DNA of 63,937 bases, counting the filler, from Salisapilia sapeloensis CBS 127946 (taxonomy: Eukaryota > Protista > Oomycota), in the NCBI GenBank assembly GCA_023334545.1. It is 9 parts of 9 records of this genome, joined end to end, with 100 filler letters (N's around TTAATTAATTAA, not from the genome) between each part and the next. Parts side by side here need not be neighbours in the genome. Positions count along the whole stretch, not along the records: positions 33,442 to 37,571 come from JAADVB010000689.1; positions 37,672 to 39,450 come from JAADVB010001045.1; positions 39,551 to 58,818 come from JAADVB010000311.1; 6 more parts are not named here. One strand, given 5' to 3'. How positions within the stretch are numbered: the first letter of the stretch is position 1; each line of letters begins with the position of its first letter. A model generated the notes under the pieces. The model was given only the letters and a program-made list of their open reading frames with translations, ran no database searches and was not told the origin of the DNA. The translations under genes and the position numbers were made by a program. This document shows, piece after piece, positions 33,442 to 44,828 of the stretch.

Positions 33442-34110
33442 ATTGGGCTGTACTTGAGTCTGGGCATTCCGTCCATGCTGCTTCTGACGCTCGGCTGGTG
33501 GTCGTACGAGCTTATGGCTATTCTTGCTGGATTACTTCCGAACGGCGTCGTAGCTATGAGTGCGCATGCGGTGATGATGAACCTTGCGCAAGGAATGTTT
33601 ATGCCGTACCTTGGTATTTCCATTGCATCGAATATTCGTGTTGGCAACTGCCTCGGGGCGAATCATCCGAAGCGGGCCAAGATGACGGCGAAGATCGGCA
33701 TGAGCATGGCACTCGCAGCGTCTATCATCGGAGCATTGGTGGTTTTGTTCTCTCGCCAGTGGATTCCGTTACTGGTAATTAGTGATCCCGAGAGTGTGGC
33801 CGCTGCCACGAGCGCTCTCGTTGCCATGATCCCATACCAGATCCTCGACGCTATTACTGGTGTGATTGGAGGCGTGTACCGTGGAATCGGTTGGCAGCTT
33901 TGTGCGGCAAAGATTAACGGTATAGCCTATTACATCGTAGGGTTGCCAATTGGAGCGTTGATCGCATTCCGGTTTGGGTGGGGTGTGCCCGGGCTGTGGA
34001 TTGGTTTTATGATTGGGAAAGCCTTGTGCTTTACATGGTGCGCAATCCCGCTGTGTCGATGCGACTGGAAGCAACTGGCAGACGAAGCTGCCGAGCGAAC
34101 GAAATTGTAG
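33442..34110 (+). CDS. MATE family efflux transporter, copy 1 (5' truncated)
   Basis: WWSYELMAILAGLLP, NIRVGNCLGANHPKRAK, GVYRGIGWQ...AKINGIAYYIVGLPIG and GLWIG. Confidence 0.9.
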   Translation: MGLYLSLGIPSMLLLTLGWWSYELMAILAGLLPNGVVAMSAHAVMMNLAQGMFMPYLGISIASNIRVGNCLGANHPKRAKMTAKIGMSMALAASIIGALVVLFSRQWIPLLVISDPESVAAATSALVAMIPYQILDAITGVIGGVYRGIGWQLCAAKINGIAYYIVGLPIGALIAFRFGWGVPGLWIGFMIGKALCFTWCAIPLCRCDWKQLADEAAERTKL

Positions 34111-34959
34111 ATCCATGCTCATGACGAAATGGAAACGCAAAGAGACTTTAGACATTAGCTGCTGATTTGACTGGCACCGAAAGCTGGAGATGTAACCAGT
34201 ATACGGAAAGAGTAAATTAAAAAATTGTCAATGCATAGCCGTCAATTATCTGTCGGTAGAGACTGCCAAACTTCGTCCAATATCCGCTAACCTACAGGCA
34301 AAGTGAAAGGTTAATAAACCGATTTGAAGAAAACCCGAAGCATTTGCGCTTCGGCTGGAACTCTCATCACGAGTGCCAGCGAGAAGAGATGCTTGGACCA
34401 AAACTCTTCCGTTTGACAAGATATTCCTGATAAGTTTTATTTGATGTTCAACTACGCTCGTCACTAGCTTCACGTCTTCTCACATGGAGGCTTGAGGAAT
34501 ATGCCAATGTTTCTACAGCTCTCTGCATTCTAATAGTCTAGCTTATTATTGACATTATGAATGGTTTCCACGATATACCCAATCTGCATTAAGCTTGACA
34601 ACATCCCTTAGATCCATGTTCAAGATCGGGGCTCCCAAAAGATAGCGGGGTGATGTACAAGCATATACAAATACATGCCTAATAAGCAACACTTGAAGAT
34701 GAATACCACTATCCACCAAACACTTCATGAGCTCTTTCGCTCGAGCCGCTAAGCAAATACATTTGTATCGTACCTATCCTTTCCCTCCGTGTATCCATGT
34801 CGCTTCAGCTTCAACATGTACCCACTAAGTGGACGCACTTGATTGGCTGGTTCGAGTCGACCGTCGAAATGCCATCAAATGCACGTGATCGAGCTACTTG
34901 AGGCGCTGCTCCGTCCAGACCACACGTGACCCAGTAACTCTGTTAGAAGCCCACTCGAG

Positions 34960-36624
34960 ATGGTGTCGAAAAAAGAGGACCAGCGCCAAGAGCGGTCTCC
35001 TCTGCTCTCGCCGGCGGCGCAAGACTCCGAGTCCCGAGAGGACTCGCACGAGATCGACTTCAGCTTTGACGACGTCCCGATTACCACCACCCATGCCACA
35101 CTGCACTCCCCTCGAGTGCGAGTGGGCGCCAAGTCTCCGGGAGTGAAAGTGGACGACCCATCGTTCGAGGAGGAGAAGCTGGAGCCGGACGATCCGTCGA
35201 TCCGGCCCGAGATCCACAAGATGCTGACGCTCATGACGCCGATCATCCTCACGACTGCGCTGGAGTTCATCCCTGGGTTCGTGTGCATCGTGCAGGTGGG
35301 CCACTTGGACTCTCCGTACACGAAGGAGTTCGTGGACGCAGCGACGTTCTCCACCACGGTACGCTTTCTATCCTGTCTCCTGCCTACATGACCCCATGCT
35401 AACCTCGTCTGTCTGCACCGCCAGCTCACGAACGTCACGGGGCTGTCGATCGTCTTCGGGCTGTCGTCGGCGCTCGACACGCTGTGCTCCCAAGCCTTCG
35501 GGGCGAAGCAGTACATGAAGAACGGCATCTACCTCCAAACGGGGCTGCTCATCGTCGTGGCCTTCATGGCGCCAGTCTTCCTCATCAACTGGAATGCGGA
35601 CGTGATTCTGGCGTTCCTCGGTCTAGACCCGCAGGTTTCGGCCTTTGCCGGCGAGTTCTCTCGGTACACAGTCTTCGGCGTGCCCTTCCTCTTCGTCTAC
35701 GAGCTCTTCCGCAAGGTCCTCCTGGGGCAGAACATCGTCAAGCCGATGATGTACATTGCTCTCATGGGCAACTTTGTCAACATCTTCGGCGGCTACTACC
35801 TGACGTACTACACGCCCCTTGGCTTCCACGGCGCGGCCCTCGCCCGAACACTGGGGTACGTCGCGATGCCCCTGCTCATGTTCCTCTATCTCGGCTACAC
35901 CGGCGTCCACAAGCAGTGGTGGCCCGGGTGGAAGCTGGACGTCGCTCGGACGTACATGCCGTTGTACCTGAGCCTGGGTCTGCCGAGCTGCGCGCTGGTG
36001 TGCATGGACTGGTGGGCGTACGAGATCCTGGCGATCCTGGCTGGTCTGCTTCCGGACGGCGTCATCGCCATGAGTGCCCACGCGGTGCTGATGAACCTCG
36101 CGCAGGCCATGTACGTCGTGTACATGGGCACGTCTGTCGCGGCGAACATTCGCGTGGGCAACTGCCTGGGCGCGAACCACCCGAAGCGGGCGCAGATGGC
36201 CTCGAACATCAGCATGGCGATGGCGCTCGGGTCGTCGATTATCGGCGCGGCGGTGGTGTACTTCTGTAGGCACTTGATTCCGCTGATCTTGATCAACGAC
36301 CCGGTGACCGTCCAACGCGCCGCCGAGACGATGCTGGTGATGGCGCCGTACCAGATCGCGGACTCGATCAACGGCGTCATCCAGGGCATCTACCGCGGCG
36401 TCGGCTGGCAGCTCACGGGTGCCAAGATCAACGCTTTCTCGTACTACATCCTCGGTCTGCCGCTCGGCTGCTTACTCGGCTTTTACTTCGACATGAACCT
36501 GGAGGGTCTGTGGATCGGCTTCTTGCTTGGCCACGTGGCTGCCTTCTTGTGCTGCGCCTTCTTCCTGTACCGGTGCAGCTGGAAGGATCTGGCGGAGGAG
36601 GCACAGACCCGAACTGCGCATTAG
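34960..36624 (+). CDS. MATE family efflux transporter, copy 2 (intron 35359-35424)
   Basis: GLSSALDTLCSQAFGA, WWAYEILAILAGLLP and NIRVGNCLGA; about 12 hydrophobic segments. Confidence 0.92.
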
Positions 36625-37249
36625 GTTTACAAGATGTCTGCGAGGCGGCTTAGAGAGTGCAGTTCGTCGGATGGACGTCCATGCTGGCTTCCCACAAAGA
36701 GAACGAGTTAGCTGTCATTCAAGTGTGGTTGCGAGTTGGATGTGCTCTTTGGTTTCGTATGAAATATTATGAGTCTTTCTAGTTCACTCATTTCCGGAGT
36801 TTAAAGGTTCTCAGGTGGACTCGTGAATTCACTCTTTCCTCCCGTCTCCTTTGCCATGTCTTTGGCGAAGTCTGCATACGATTCCGCTGGAACTGGACGT
36901 CGGTTCTCCGGTCGGGCAAAGCGTCTTCGTTTCAACGCGACGGATGGCCTTTCGAAAGACTTCTGCTGCCAGGGCTGGGCAACAGCAAATATATGAATAT
37001 CATAATTAATTAATTTGTTTATTTATTATTTATTTTTCTGAGATCAATGTCACTTCATGATCGAGTTAGACGGCCAGGGCTACTTCAAACGCGAGTCCGA
37101 GGTCAATCTATAAATCGATTGATCGATTTATTCATTCGTTCCTTTTCCTGAGAGAAAAAAATGAAATGCATATTTGAACAGCCCTGTTATCGATATTATC
37201 GCCCATGTAGAAACCTCTTAGAGCGACATCTTCGCAATCGGCGTGCAAT

Positions 37250-37571
37250 ACTACTGATCTAATGCTCTTGTGGACTTCCACATGGGTAGCAGAAGTACGG
37301 TAGACGTACTCGCCTGCCTCTCAATCTACTCGTGAGCATCCAGATCCCATCCTCTGGCCTTTCGCTTTCTAGCTTGAGGTGTGTTCTTACAAACTTCAAG
37401 TAGAGATACTTGAAAAGACGGATAGATCTTCCAGCGAGCTCTCATGAGGCAAGGGATGACATGTAGAGACTCTGGACCATCTCATTAGGCACTTTGGAGT
37501 GCGTTCTATCCATAGATACTAAAATTGGAATCTTGAAAAACAAAGGTTTTGGTGGTCGACTCGATCGCTAC
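37250..37571 (-). mobile_element. Possible degenerate Ty3/Gypsy pol 3' remnant
   Basis: The minus-strand peptide ...RWKIYPSFQVSLLEVC resembles the Gypsy WKIHPVFHVSLL motif. It is surrounded by stops. Confidence 0.3.
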
Positions 37572-37671
37572 NNNNNNNNNNNNNNNNNNNNNNNNNNNNN
37601 NNNNNNNNNNNNNNNTTAATTAATTAANNNNNNNNNNNNNNNNNNNNNNNNNNNNNNNNNNNNNNNNNNNN
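37572..37671. other. Artificial contig linker
   Basis: N44-TTAATTAATTAA-N44. Confidence 0.98.
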
Positions 37672-39163
37672 ACCGGGACATGTATTAGCAATCAGGTGCA
37701 ACTCCTTTTTAATAATCAATGTCTATGGCAAAGGACAGGGGTCGAAACAGGAAGAAATGTATCGAACCCTACGTACGTTAATACCACAAGATGAGCCGTG
37801 CATACTCGGAGGTGACTTCAACTGCGTCCTTAAACCTCCAGTAGATAGACTTAGAGACAATCATCCAGCTAAAGGAAACTCAGAATGCCAGGCATTGGAA
37901 AAGCTAGTCAATCACCGCTTGTTAATTGATGCGATTACCACCACGGCTGATGAGGATGAAAATGATCACTGGGATCCGGTCCGACGATATATGTGTTGGC
38001 AAATGAAAGCGCAAGTCGGTTGGACAGATTTTATTGTCGACTCCCTCCACAATGGGAGGTGCGAGGCTTGCACAACTTCGTTCCGTCGGTCAAGACTGAT
38101 CATATGATGGTGGCGCTTCAACTGGCAATTCTAGAACCGTACAGGAAGTCAAAAAAACCGTCGCACGCACTGTATCCGATTGCGGGTTCAAATCAGGCAA
38201 CGATAAAGGAGCGCTTGGCAGAGAAGCTAGAGCAATGGGCACACTCGGTCTTGGGAGCAGAGTATGTTCAGTCATGGGAGCTGACTGAAAAAGATTTGAC
38301 GTCCATCCTTCGGCATGAACGACAGGCAGCACGACAGCGTCTCCGGCGTCGTCAAAAACGTCGGGCTATTAGGCATGCCAAAGTAGTCTCATGGAAGGAC
38401 GAGGTTCAGAACAATGAACGCTCACGCCGAGCCATTGCGCAAGCGAGATTTGGAAACTATCTGACTCACTATCCGCAAGACATGCGTTACTTTTATCGAA
38501 GAATATCGGCGTGGGATTCGAATCAGTTAGTCTCGGAGCTGCAGTTTGCGGGGACAGGCACAACGGAGAGTCAGCAAATTGCGAACGTGATGGCAAAGGC
38601 TTGGTCGCCAATATTGATTAAACCAGACGCACAACAAAACAAGGATGGAGGTAGTAGCGAAGATAGGACAGTGGGCAGGCAATCCTTCGTCCTCACTAAC
38701 TCCGGAAGATCAGCAAGGTTTAATACAGCCACTTGTGCTAGAGGAGGTTCAAAAGGCCATCAAGCATCTTGCACGTCACAAAGCACCAGGCACAGATGCT
38801 ATTGGGAATGATTTTTACAAAGATTATGCCGAGTATTTAGCACCCGTCTTACTGATTTACTTCCAACGCTGGACAGAAACAGAGCAATTGCCTCATCGAC
38901 TACAGGAAGCAATGATATTGCCTTTGAGAAAAAATGATGATTCGCCGAATCCTCTTGATTATAGACCGATCTCGTTGCTGCAATCAGTTTATAAAATCTA
39001 TGCAGCAATCTACTCGGAACGTCTGCAAGCAGTATTAGACAAGATTGTACATCCACGGCAACAGGGATTTGTCCGTGGAAGACAAATAAGTAGATCCCTA
39101 ATGGTAATGCAAAGGGTTCTTCAACGTCGGTACAAGGACCCGAAACAGTCGATTGAAGCTAGT
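37672..39163 (+). mobile_element. Degenerate non-LTR retrotransposon (L1/Tx1-like ORF2: APE endonuclease + start of RT), frameshifted and truncated
   Basis: ILGGDFNCVL, SRLDRFY and TDH (endonuclease); KAPGTDAIGNDFY, DYRPISLLQSVYKIYA and QQGFVRGRQI (RT). The motifs are spread over three frames. Confidence 0.9.
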
Positions 39164-39450
39164 TGTAACGGGAAGTTACATGAATGTATCCCAAGCTGGG
39201 GTAACATTCCGGATCTTGAAGTGGATCCTTGTATTGGAGCATATGGTGCTAATACAAAGGTACAAGGAACATGAATGGTCGTTAGACCTTCCCATACTAA
39301 GGTGAAGGTTAAGGAGATTGTATTAGGATTTAGTAGGTATATAGAAACGTTAAGTCTAGTATTCGGATTAAGCCTCAATACAATCAGTTCTCATTTTGCT
39401 TTCTAAAGCACAAGTGCCTTACATTACTTCCGTACTTTTTAGTACAAGAG
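39164..39450 (+). mobile_element. LTR-like repeat (starts TGTAACGGG) inserted into the LINE RT
   Basis: 39164-39308 matches the reverse complement of 62759-62903 (about 11 mismatches in 145 nt by hand count). Both copies share the exact TGT boundary with unrelated flanks. Confidence 0.65.
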
Positions 39451-39550
39451 NNNNNNNNNNNNNNNNNNNNNNNNNNNNNNNNNNNNNNNNNNNNTTAATT
39501 AATTAANNNNNNNNNNNNNNNNNNNNNNNNNNNNNNNNNNNNNNNNNNNN
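39451..39550. other. Artificial contig linker
   Basis: N44-TTAATTAATTAA-N44. Confidence 0.98.
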
Positions 39551-39958
39551 AGTAGGAGCACAGAGTATATCGATTATCATTTATGTTTTATGTCTTCTAT
39601 CTTGTATCGTGTGGTACATGCGATGGAATGGAGATGCCACGCACTGTCATGCTGGTCGATACCGACGGCCGGTTTCCAGGACATGATGCATACGTGTGCC
39701 TCCAATGGATTCTTTGATGAAGTGTCACGCTCCAGGCATATTGTTATGGCAGGGTCTAGAAAATCATCGTGCAGAATGGATGGATGTTTGGATCTTCAAC
39801 TACATCCGTATTGGTAGTATTGTTTATTAATGATGATTTCCGTACAGCTACTTGGACGAGTTGTGCCCACGACATAAATTTATCTTGACACATAGTTTTA
39901 TGTCGTTCTATATCTAGTTAAAGGTGACGTTATGAAGCTTGTCAGTTGCAAACTAGTT

Positions 39959-40464
39959 CTATGTGATTGCGAAATTTTTTTTAGTATTAGATAAGCGGCA
40001 CATTTCCGCTGTTGTAAAATAGTTAGGCCGTATACGCGCTAAATACCTTTTAGGCACCATTGGAGGTTTGCATTTTGTAATTCTATTCGTTATAATCGAA
40101 TCGGGCAATTCCGCGTTCGCTGAGAATTGCCAATACTGTTTTACCACTTGCCAGTGGAAACCCAACGAAGCACCTCGATATGACTTTCCCGGTAAGTTAG
40201 ATATACAAAGCAAGTGGTTACTATTGATGAGGACGTGACTCCATATTCTTGATCTAACATACCTCTCGTGCTCCATCTTCTGCTGAAATTGACGCTTCCA
40301 TTGCCATGCTTGGTGTAGCGCAAATTGTGTGGAAGTTGCAACATACAAATGACGTTCTTGGGGCAAATTAGGCCTGGATCGACATACCTTTCGACATCAC
40401 CTACCTTTTGCGTGCATTTCAAGTAAGCCGATTCAAGAGACATAATACCGATCACAGTTCGCAC
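39959..40464 (-). mobile_element. Possible decayed retroelement 3' region (zf-RVT-like)
   Basis: Overlapping broken ORFs with LICP..ERHL...AW spacing reminiscent of the LINE C-terminal zinc knuckle; weak. Confidence 0.2.
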
Positions 40465-41460
40465 GTGCTCGTTACCATACTGTATATTCTATCTCGCATA
40501 ATCCTCGATTATCCTCTCAACGAACACAACCTTGCTTCTTTTGGTCAACCATCGCCTTGAAGTCTTCTCCAAGATCGTTTCCTCTTGATTACATCGAAGA
40601 CCAAGTCACGCCCATTGCTCGAAATGTGCAAATTTGAAAAAGCGCGCGAACGACTTGGTGAGCTCTTCGCTTTACTTGCGCTCTTGAGCTCTTCGCTATT
40701 ATTTCGGAACAGACACAGTACAGTGTTGGATGGAATAGTTGAGTGGTATTTTCGACTCGCACTGTACTCGTCCCAGTAAAACAGCGAAAAGCTCAATGTT
40801 ACAAGTAAATCGAATGACACTTCAACCTGAAGGACTTCGGACGATCAACCACGATACGCTCGACATTGTTCCCACCAAGACATGACAAAGGAACGGAAAA
40901 TACATGTGGATAGGAATAGAAAGGTAAATAGTGACATAAGATTAGGACGAACCGCCAAAGATTCAGGTATTGATTCTTATATTTAGCTTGTGCATCATTA
41001 TTCACAAGATGCCTAATGTACCTAGCTTAGTACACAATTTTCTGCTCAACGAAAAAGGTCTATATCTATTCTCGCTTACTTTTGGTTATGCCGCTAGGTT
41101 AACTTTTAGACACACTGACAATTTGCACTCAGATAGTACCCTAATTTCTTAGCTCCTTCCATTATGGTCATGATATATGGAGATTAGCACGAAAATGGAC
41201 GGGAAAATTCCAAATCATGTCCTCGATATGACATACATCCCCCGGCGACGCAAATCAGTCCAAGCGACTATCATACCCAATAATGACTCGTCATAGGTAG
41301 CTTTCGACAAAGCTTCGTGTCGATGGAGCGTGGATGCGGTAACAAGTGAACGTAGTATTGAAGCAGAGTCTTTCATTTCATTCTCTTTATAGAAAACGCT
41401 TACTCGATGAAATTACGGAAAATTAAGAATAAATTTCGTAGAGTGAGATGTAAGTGGAGC

Positions 41461-42176
41461 CTATTCTTCCTCTTGTAAAATAGCAGCAATGGCACGAAGC
41501 TTCTTCTCGGTCTAGACGTGATAGTATTAGTGTACATGCATAATGCAGAGGGAAAGGATTAGTTTCATTCACGAGCGTACCTGGTTGTGAGCTCGGAGGT
41601 CGATCATCAGATTTTCGGTGGCATCATCGAATCGATCTCGACTCTGTCGCTGGCGTTGCTGCACGACTTCCAATAAATTGTTTATCAGCGCTTCGAGACG
41701 ATGGACTGTGTCTAACCATCGCTTTAGCATCTGCAACAACCGTCAAGACCTACCACACGTACCATCCACGATAGAATTCACTTGATCATCGAGATCTCGC
41801 TTGCGTTTACCAATCCTTTGGACTTGATCCACGCAGCTTGCAATATATGACGTTGGCTCTTCAACCGCCGCTTGGTCTTGCTTGCCTTCAGTCTCTTTGT
41901 CCTCTTCTTGCGATGACAAAGCCTGACCAAAGTCTCTGTCTACATCATTCGATAAAGTCGGATGTACTTCATCCGTCGCAACATGAAAGCGATCTCGATT
42001 CTCCAATTCTGGTGATTCAACTGTCGGCATGTCGTTGTCACCAACTTCCAACGAGTTTCCATTTGCCTCATCGCTACCGATAGAGTTCATCTGCGGAAGC
42101 ATTCCCTACACATCCACACATATATGAGATAACATCCCCTACAGCCTAGCAAGCGCTGGTCTACCTCGGTATCCAT
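41461..42176 (-). CDS. Hypothetical acidic/coiled-coil protein, multi-exon (start uncertain)
   Basis: ORF 41743-42102 plus GT-AG-linked exons MLKRWLDTVHRLEALINNLLEVVQQRQ...HNQ|TEKKLRAIAAILQEEE*. Confidence 0.35.
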
Positions 42177-42381
42177 GTCAAACGATCCGAGTTGAAGTTA
42201 AATTGTCAGGTAGTCGGTATTCCTATCACTCTTCCCGATACTACTGCTACAACCATTAAGATCCTCCTGCGACTGTTGAAAATCGTCTGGTATAAGAAAA
42301 CTCCTCCATCGTCCGCTCACAAATCGCTGGAAGCAGGCACCTCGGACCCGCCGCCTTTGATCTTCCACCTCTCTAGTCAAC

Positions 42382-44118
42382 ATGTCGATGGTCTTTGATG
42401 AATACGGACGTCCCTTTATCATCCTGCGTGATCAGGAAGAAAAGGAGCGTATCAAGGGCGTCGAAGCTATCAAGGTACTAGACCTTTCGATCCACTCCAA
42501 TAGATCTTATGATCGAAATGCTCATCTCTCATCTCTAGAGCAATATCTTGGCTGCACGAACTGTCTCCAACCTCCTACGTACTTCTCTTGGTCCCAAAGG
42601 TACTTGTTTTACTCTTATACTAGTAGATAAACGTACTGAACGTGTATATAATGCATTCTAGGCATGGATAAGATCATGGTGAGCCAAGATGGAGACGTGA
42701 CGATTTCCAATGACGGAGCAACGATCCTCGACCAGATGCAGGTAGAGCACCGCGTTGCTCACTTGCTCGTGGAACTAGCCCAGTCTCAGGACGATGAGAT
42801 TGGCGATGGGACCACCGGTGTCGTCGTCCTCGCAGGCGCTTTGCTCGAACAAGCTGAAAAGCTCCTGTCGCACGGTCTGCACCCGATGCGTATTGCCGAC
42901 GGTTTCGAAGAAGCGTGTGAGATGGCATGCGAGCACCTAGAGAAAATCAGCGACGTGATCGAGTTCTCGGAGAAGGACACGCAGCCACTCGTGGAAACGG
43001 CCATGACGACACTTTCGTCCAAGATCATCAACAAACACAAGCGTCAGATGGCCGAGATTGCTGTCGATGCTGTCGTCCAAGTCGCGGACTTCGAGACGAA
43101 AGACGTGAACTTTGATCTGATCAAGGTCGAGGGCAAGCCTGGTGGCACGTTGGAAGAAACGGCGCTCATCAAGGGCATCGTCATCGACAAGGACTTTAGC
43201 CACCCGCAAATGCCAAAGGAAGTCAAGGACGCCAAGATGGCTATCCTCACGTGTGCCTTTGAACCGCCAAAGCCCAAGACGAAACACAAGCTCGACATCA
43301 CGAGCGTCGAAGCTTATGAAAAGCTCTACAAGCAAGAACAAGAGTACTTTAGCACGATGATCAAGCAAGTCAAGGACAGTGGCGCCAACATGGTCATCTG
43401 CCAGTGGGGCTTTGACGACGAAGCCAACCACCTCTTGCTCCAGCACGAACTCCCGGCCGTACGATGGGTCGGCGGCGTCGAGCTCGAGCTCATCGCCATC
43501 GCCACGGGCGGCCGCATCGTCCCCCGTTTCTCGGAGCTTACGGCCGACAAGCTCGGCAAGGCCGGCACTGTCCGGGAAGTCGCATTCGGTACGACCAAGG
43601 AACGCATGCTAGTCGTCGAGGACTGCGCCAAGTCGGACGCCATCACGGTGCTCGTTCGCGGTGGCAACAAAATGATCGTGGAAGAGGCCAAGCGCTCGCT
43701 ACACGACGCCATGTGCGTCACACGCAACCTCATCAAGAGCAACCGCATCGTGTATGGTGGAGGTGCAGCTGAAGTTTCTTGTGGTGTCGCCGTGCGAGAG
43801 CACGCGAACAAGACGAGGGGCATTGAGCAGTACGCCATCCGTGCATTCGCCGATGCGTTGGAGGATATTCCGATGGCACTTGCGGAGAACAGTGGACACA
43901 ACCCGATCGAGTCGCTCACGTCGGTGCGTGCACAGCAGGTGAAGGAGAACAATCCGCGACTGGGCGTCGACTGCAACTCGACTGGAAGCACGGACATGAA
44001 GGAGCAGCTCGTGTTCGAGACGCTCATCGGGAAGCAGCAGCAGCTGCAGCTGGCCACGCAGGTCGTCCGCATGATCCTCAAGATCGACGACGTCATCATG
44101 GACGGCAACTACGCGTAG
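42382..44118 (+). CDS. CCT5: T-complex protein 1 subunit epsilon (CCT5), three exons
   Basis: [68 protein letters not shown] and ILKIDDV. Confidence 0.97.
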
Positions 44119-44136
44119 ACGATCGATCAAATAAAC

Positions 44137-44814
44137 TTAGCTGCTCCTACGGTTGTATTCATGTTCTTGGTCTAGTAGATGGCGAAAGGTATGGGCTGAT
44201 TCTAGTGGGTCTGGAGAGCTAGAGATAGCTCGGATGACTGCGATGCCTTCAGCACCTGCCTCTAGAACTTGGCTTACGTGAGAAGATGTCTGGATACCTC
44301 CGATCGCGATGAGACTGGGCGATTTCGTCTGCTGGAGATGGTGGCGGATGTCTCGTAGCAACTGGACACCTTCGAGCTGCTCGATGGACTTGTCCGGGTG
44401 ACTTGCCGTCGGGAATATCGTCCCGACGTGCATGTAGTCCAAATGCAACGATGTCGCTAGTTGAGCGCTGTGGACGGAATGCACCGAACACCCGACAAGT
44501 CCCTGCTCACGTTGGAAGTACGCTGCACTCGATTTGAACGAGGGGTCCTGGAGCATGGATTCCTTGACGTGCCAGATATCCGCGCCACTCCTTATCGCTA
44601 CCTCCATCGACGGCGCGTTCACAGCCACAGATGTCGTTGGGAGAGCTGCTCGCACATGCTGCACGGCATCCGTCGCGACTAGTTCATCTACCTCCGCTTC
44701 AGGACAACGAAGATGGACTCTATCAAGAGCTCTCGATCCCTTTAAACGCTCCAACACACGAGATACTTTTCGAGGTTCCAACACAAGCGTTAACGACCAC
44801 TTCTTCATCTCCAT
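44137..44814 (-). CDS. Thiamine-phosphate synthase-like (ThiE/TenI family) TIM-barrel protein
   Basis: VGCSVHS, DYMHVGTIFPTASHP, LIAIGGI and VLEAGAEGIAVIRAI. Confidence 0.8.
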   Translation of the reverse strand: MEMKKWSLTLVLEPRKVSRVLERLKGSRALDRVHLRCPEAEVDELVATDAVQHVRAALPTTSVAVNAPSMEVAIRSGADIWHVKESMLQDPSFKSSAAYFQREQGLVGCSVHSVHSAQLATSLHLDYMHVGTIFPTASHPDKSIEQLEGVQLLRDIRHHLQQTKSPSLIAIGGIQTSSHVSQVLEAGAEGIAVIRAISSSPDPLESAHTFRHLLDQEHEYNRRSS

Positions 44815-44828
44815 CCCAAATAAATTTC

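Noticed and set aside
36780-36990. Minus-strand open stretch AVAQPWQQKSFERP...ENL*
   Set aside because: It has no start or linked exon and no recognisable domain; possibly a gene relic.
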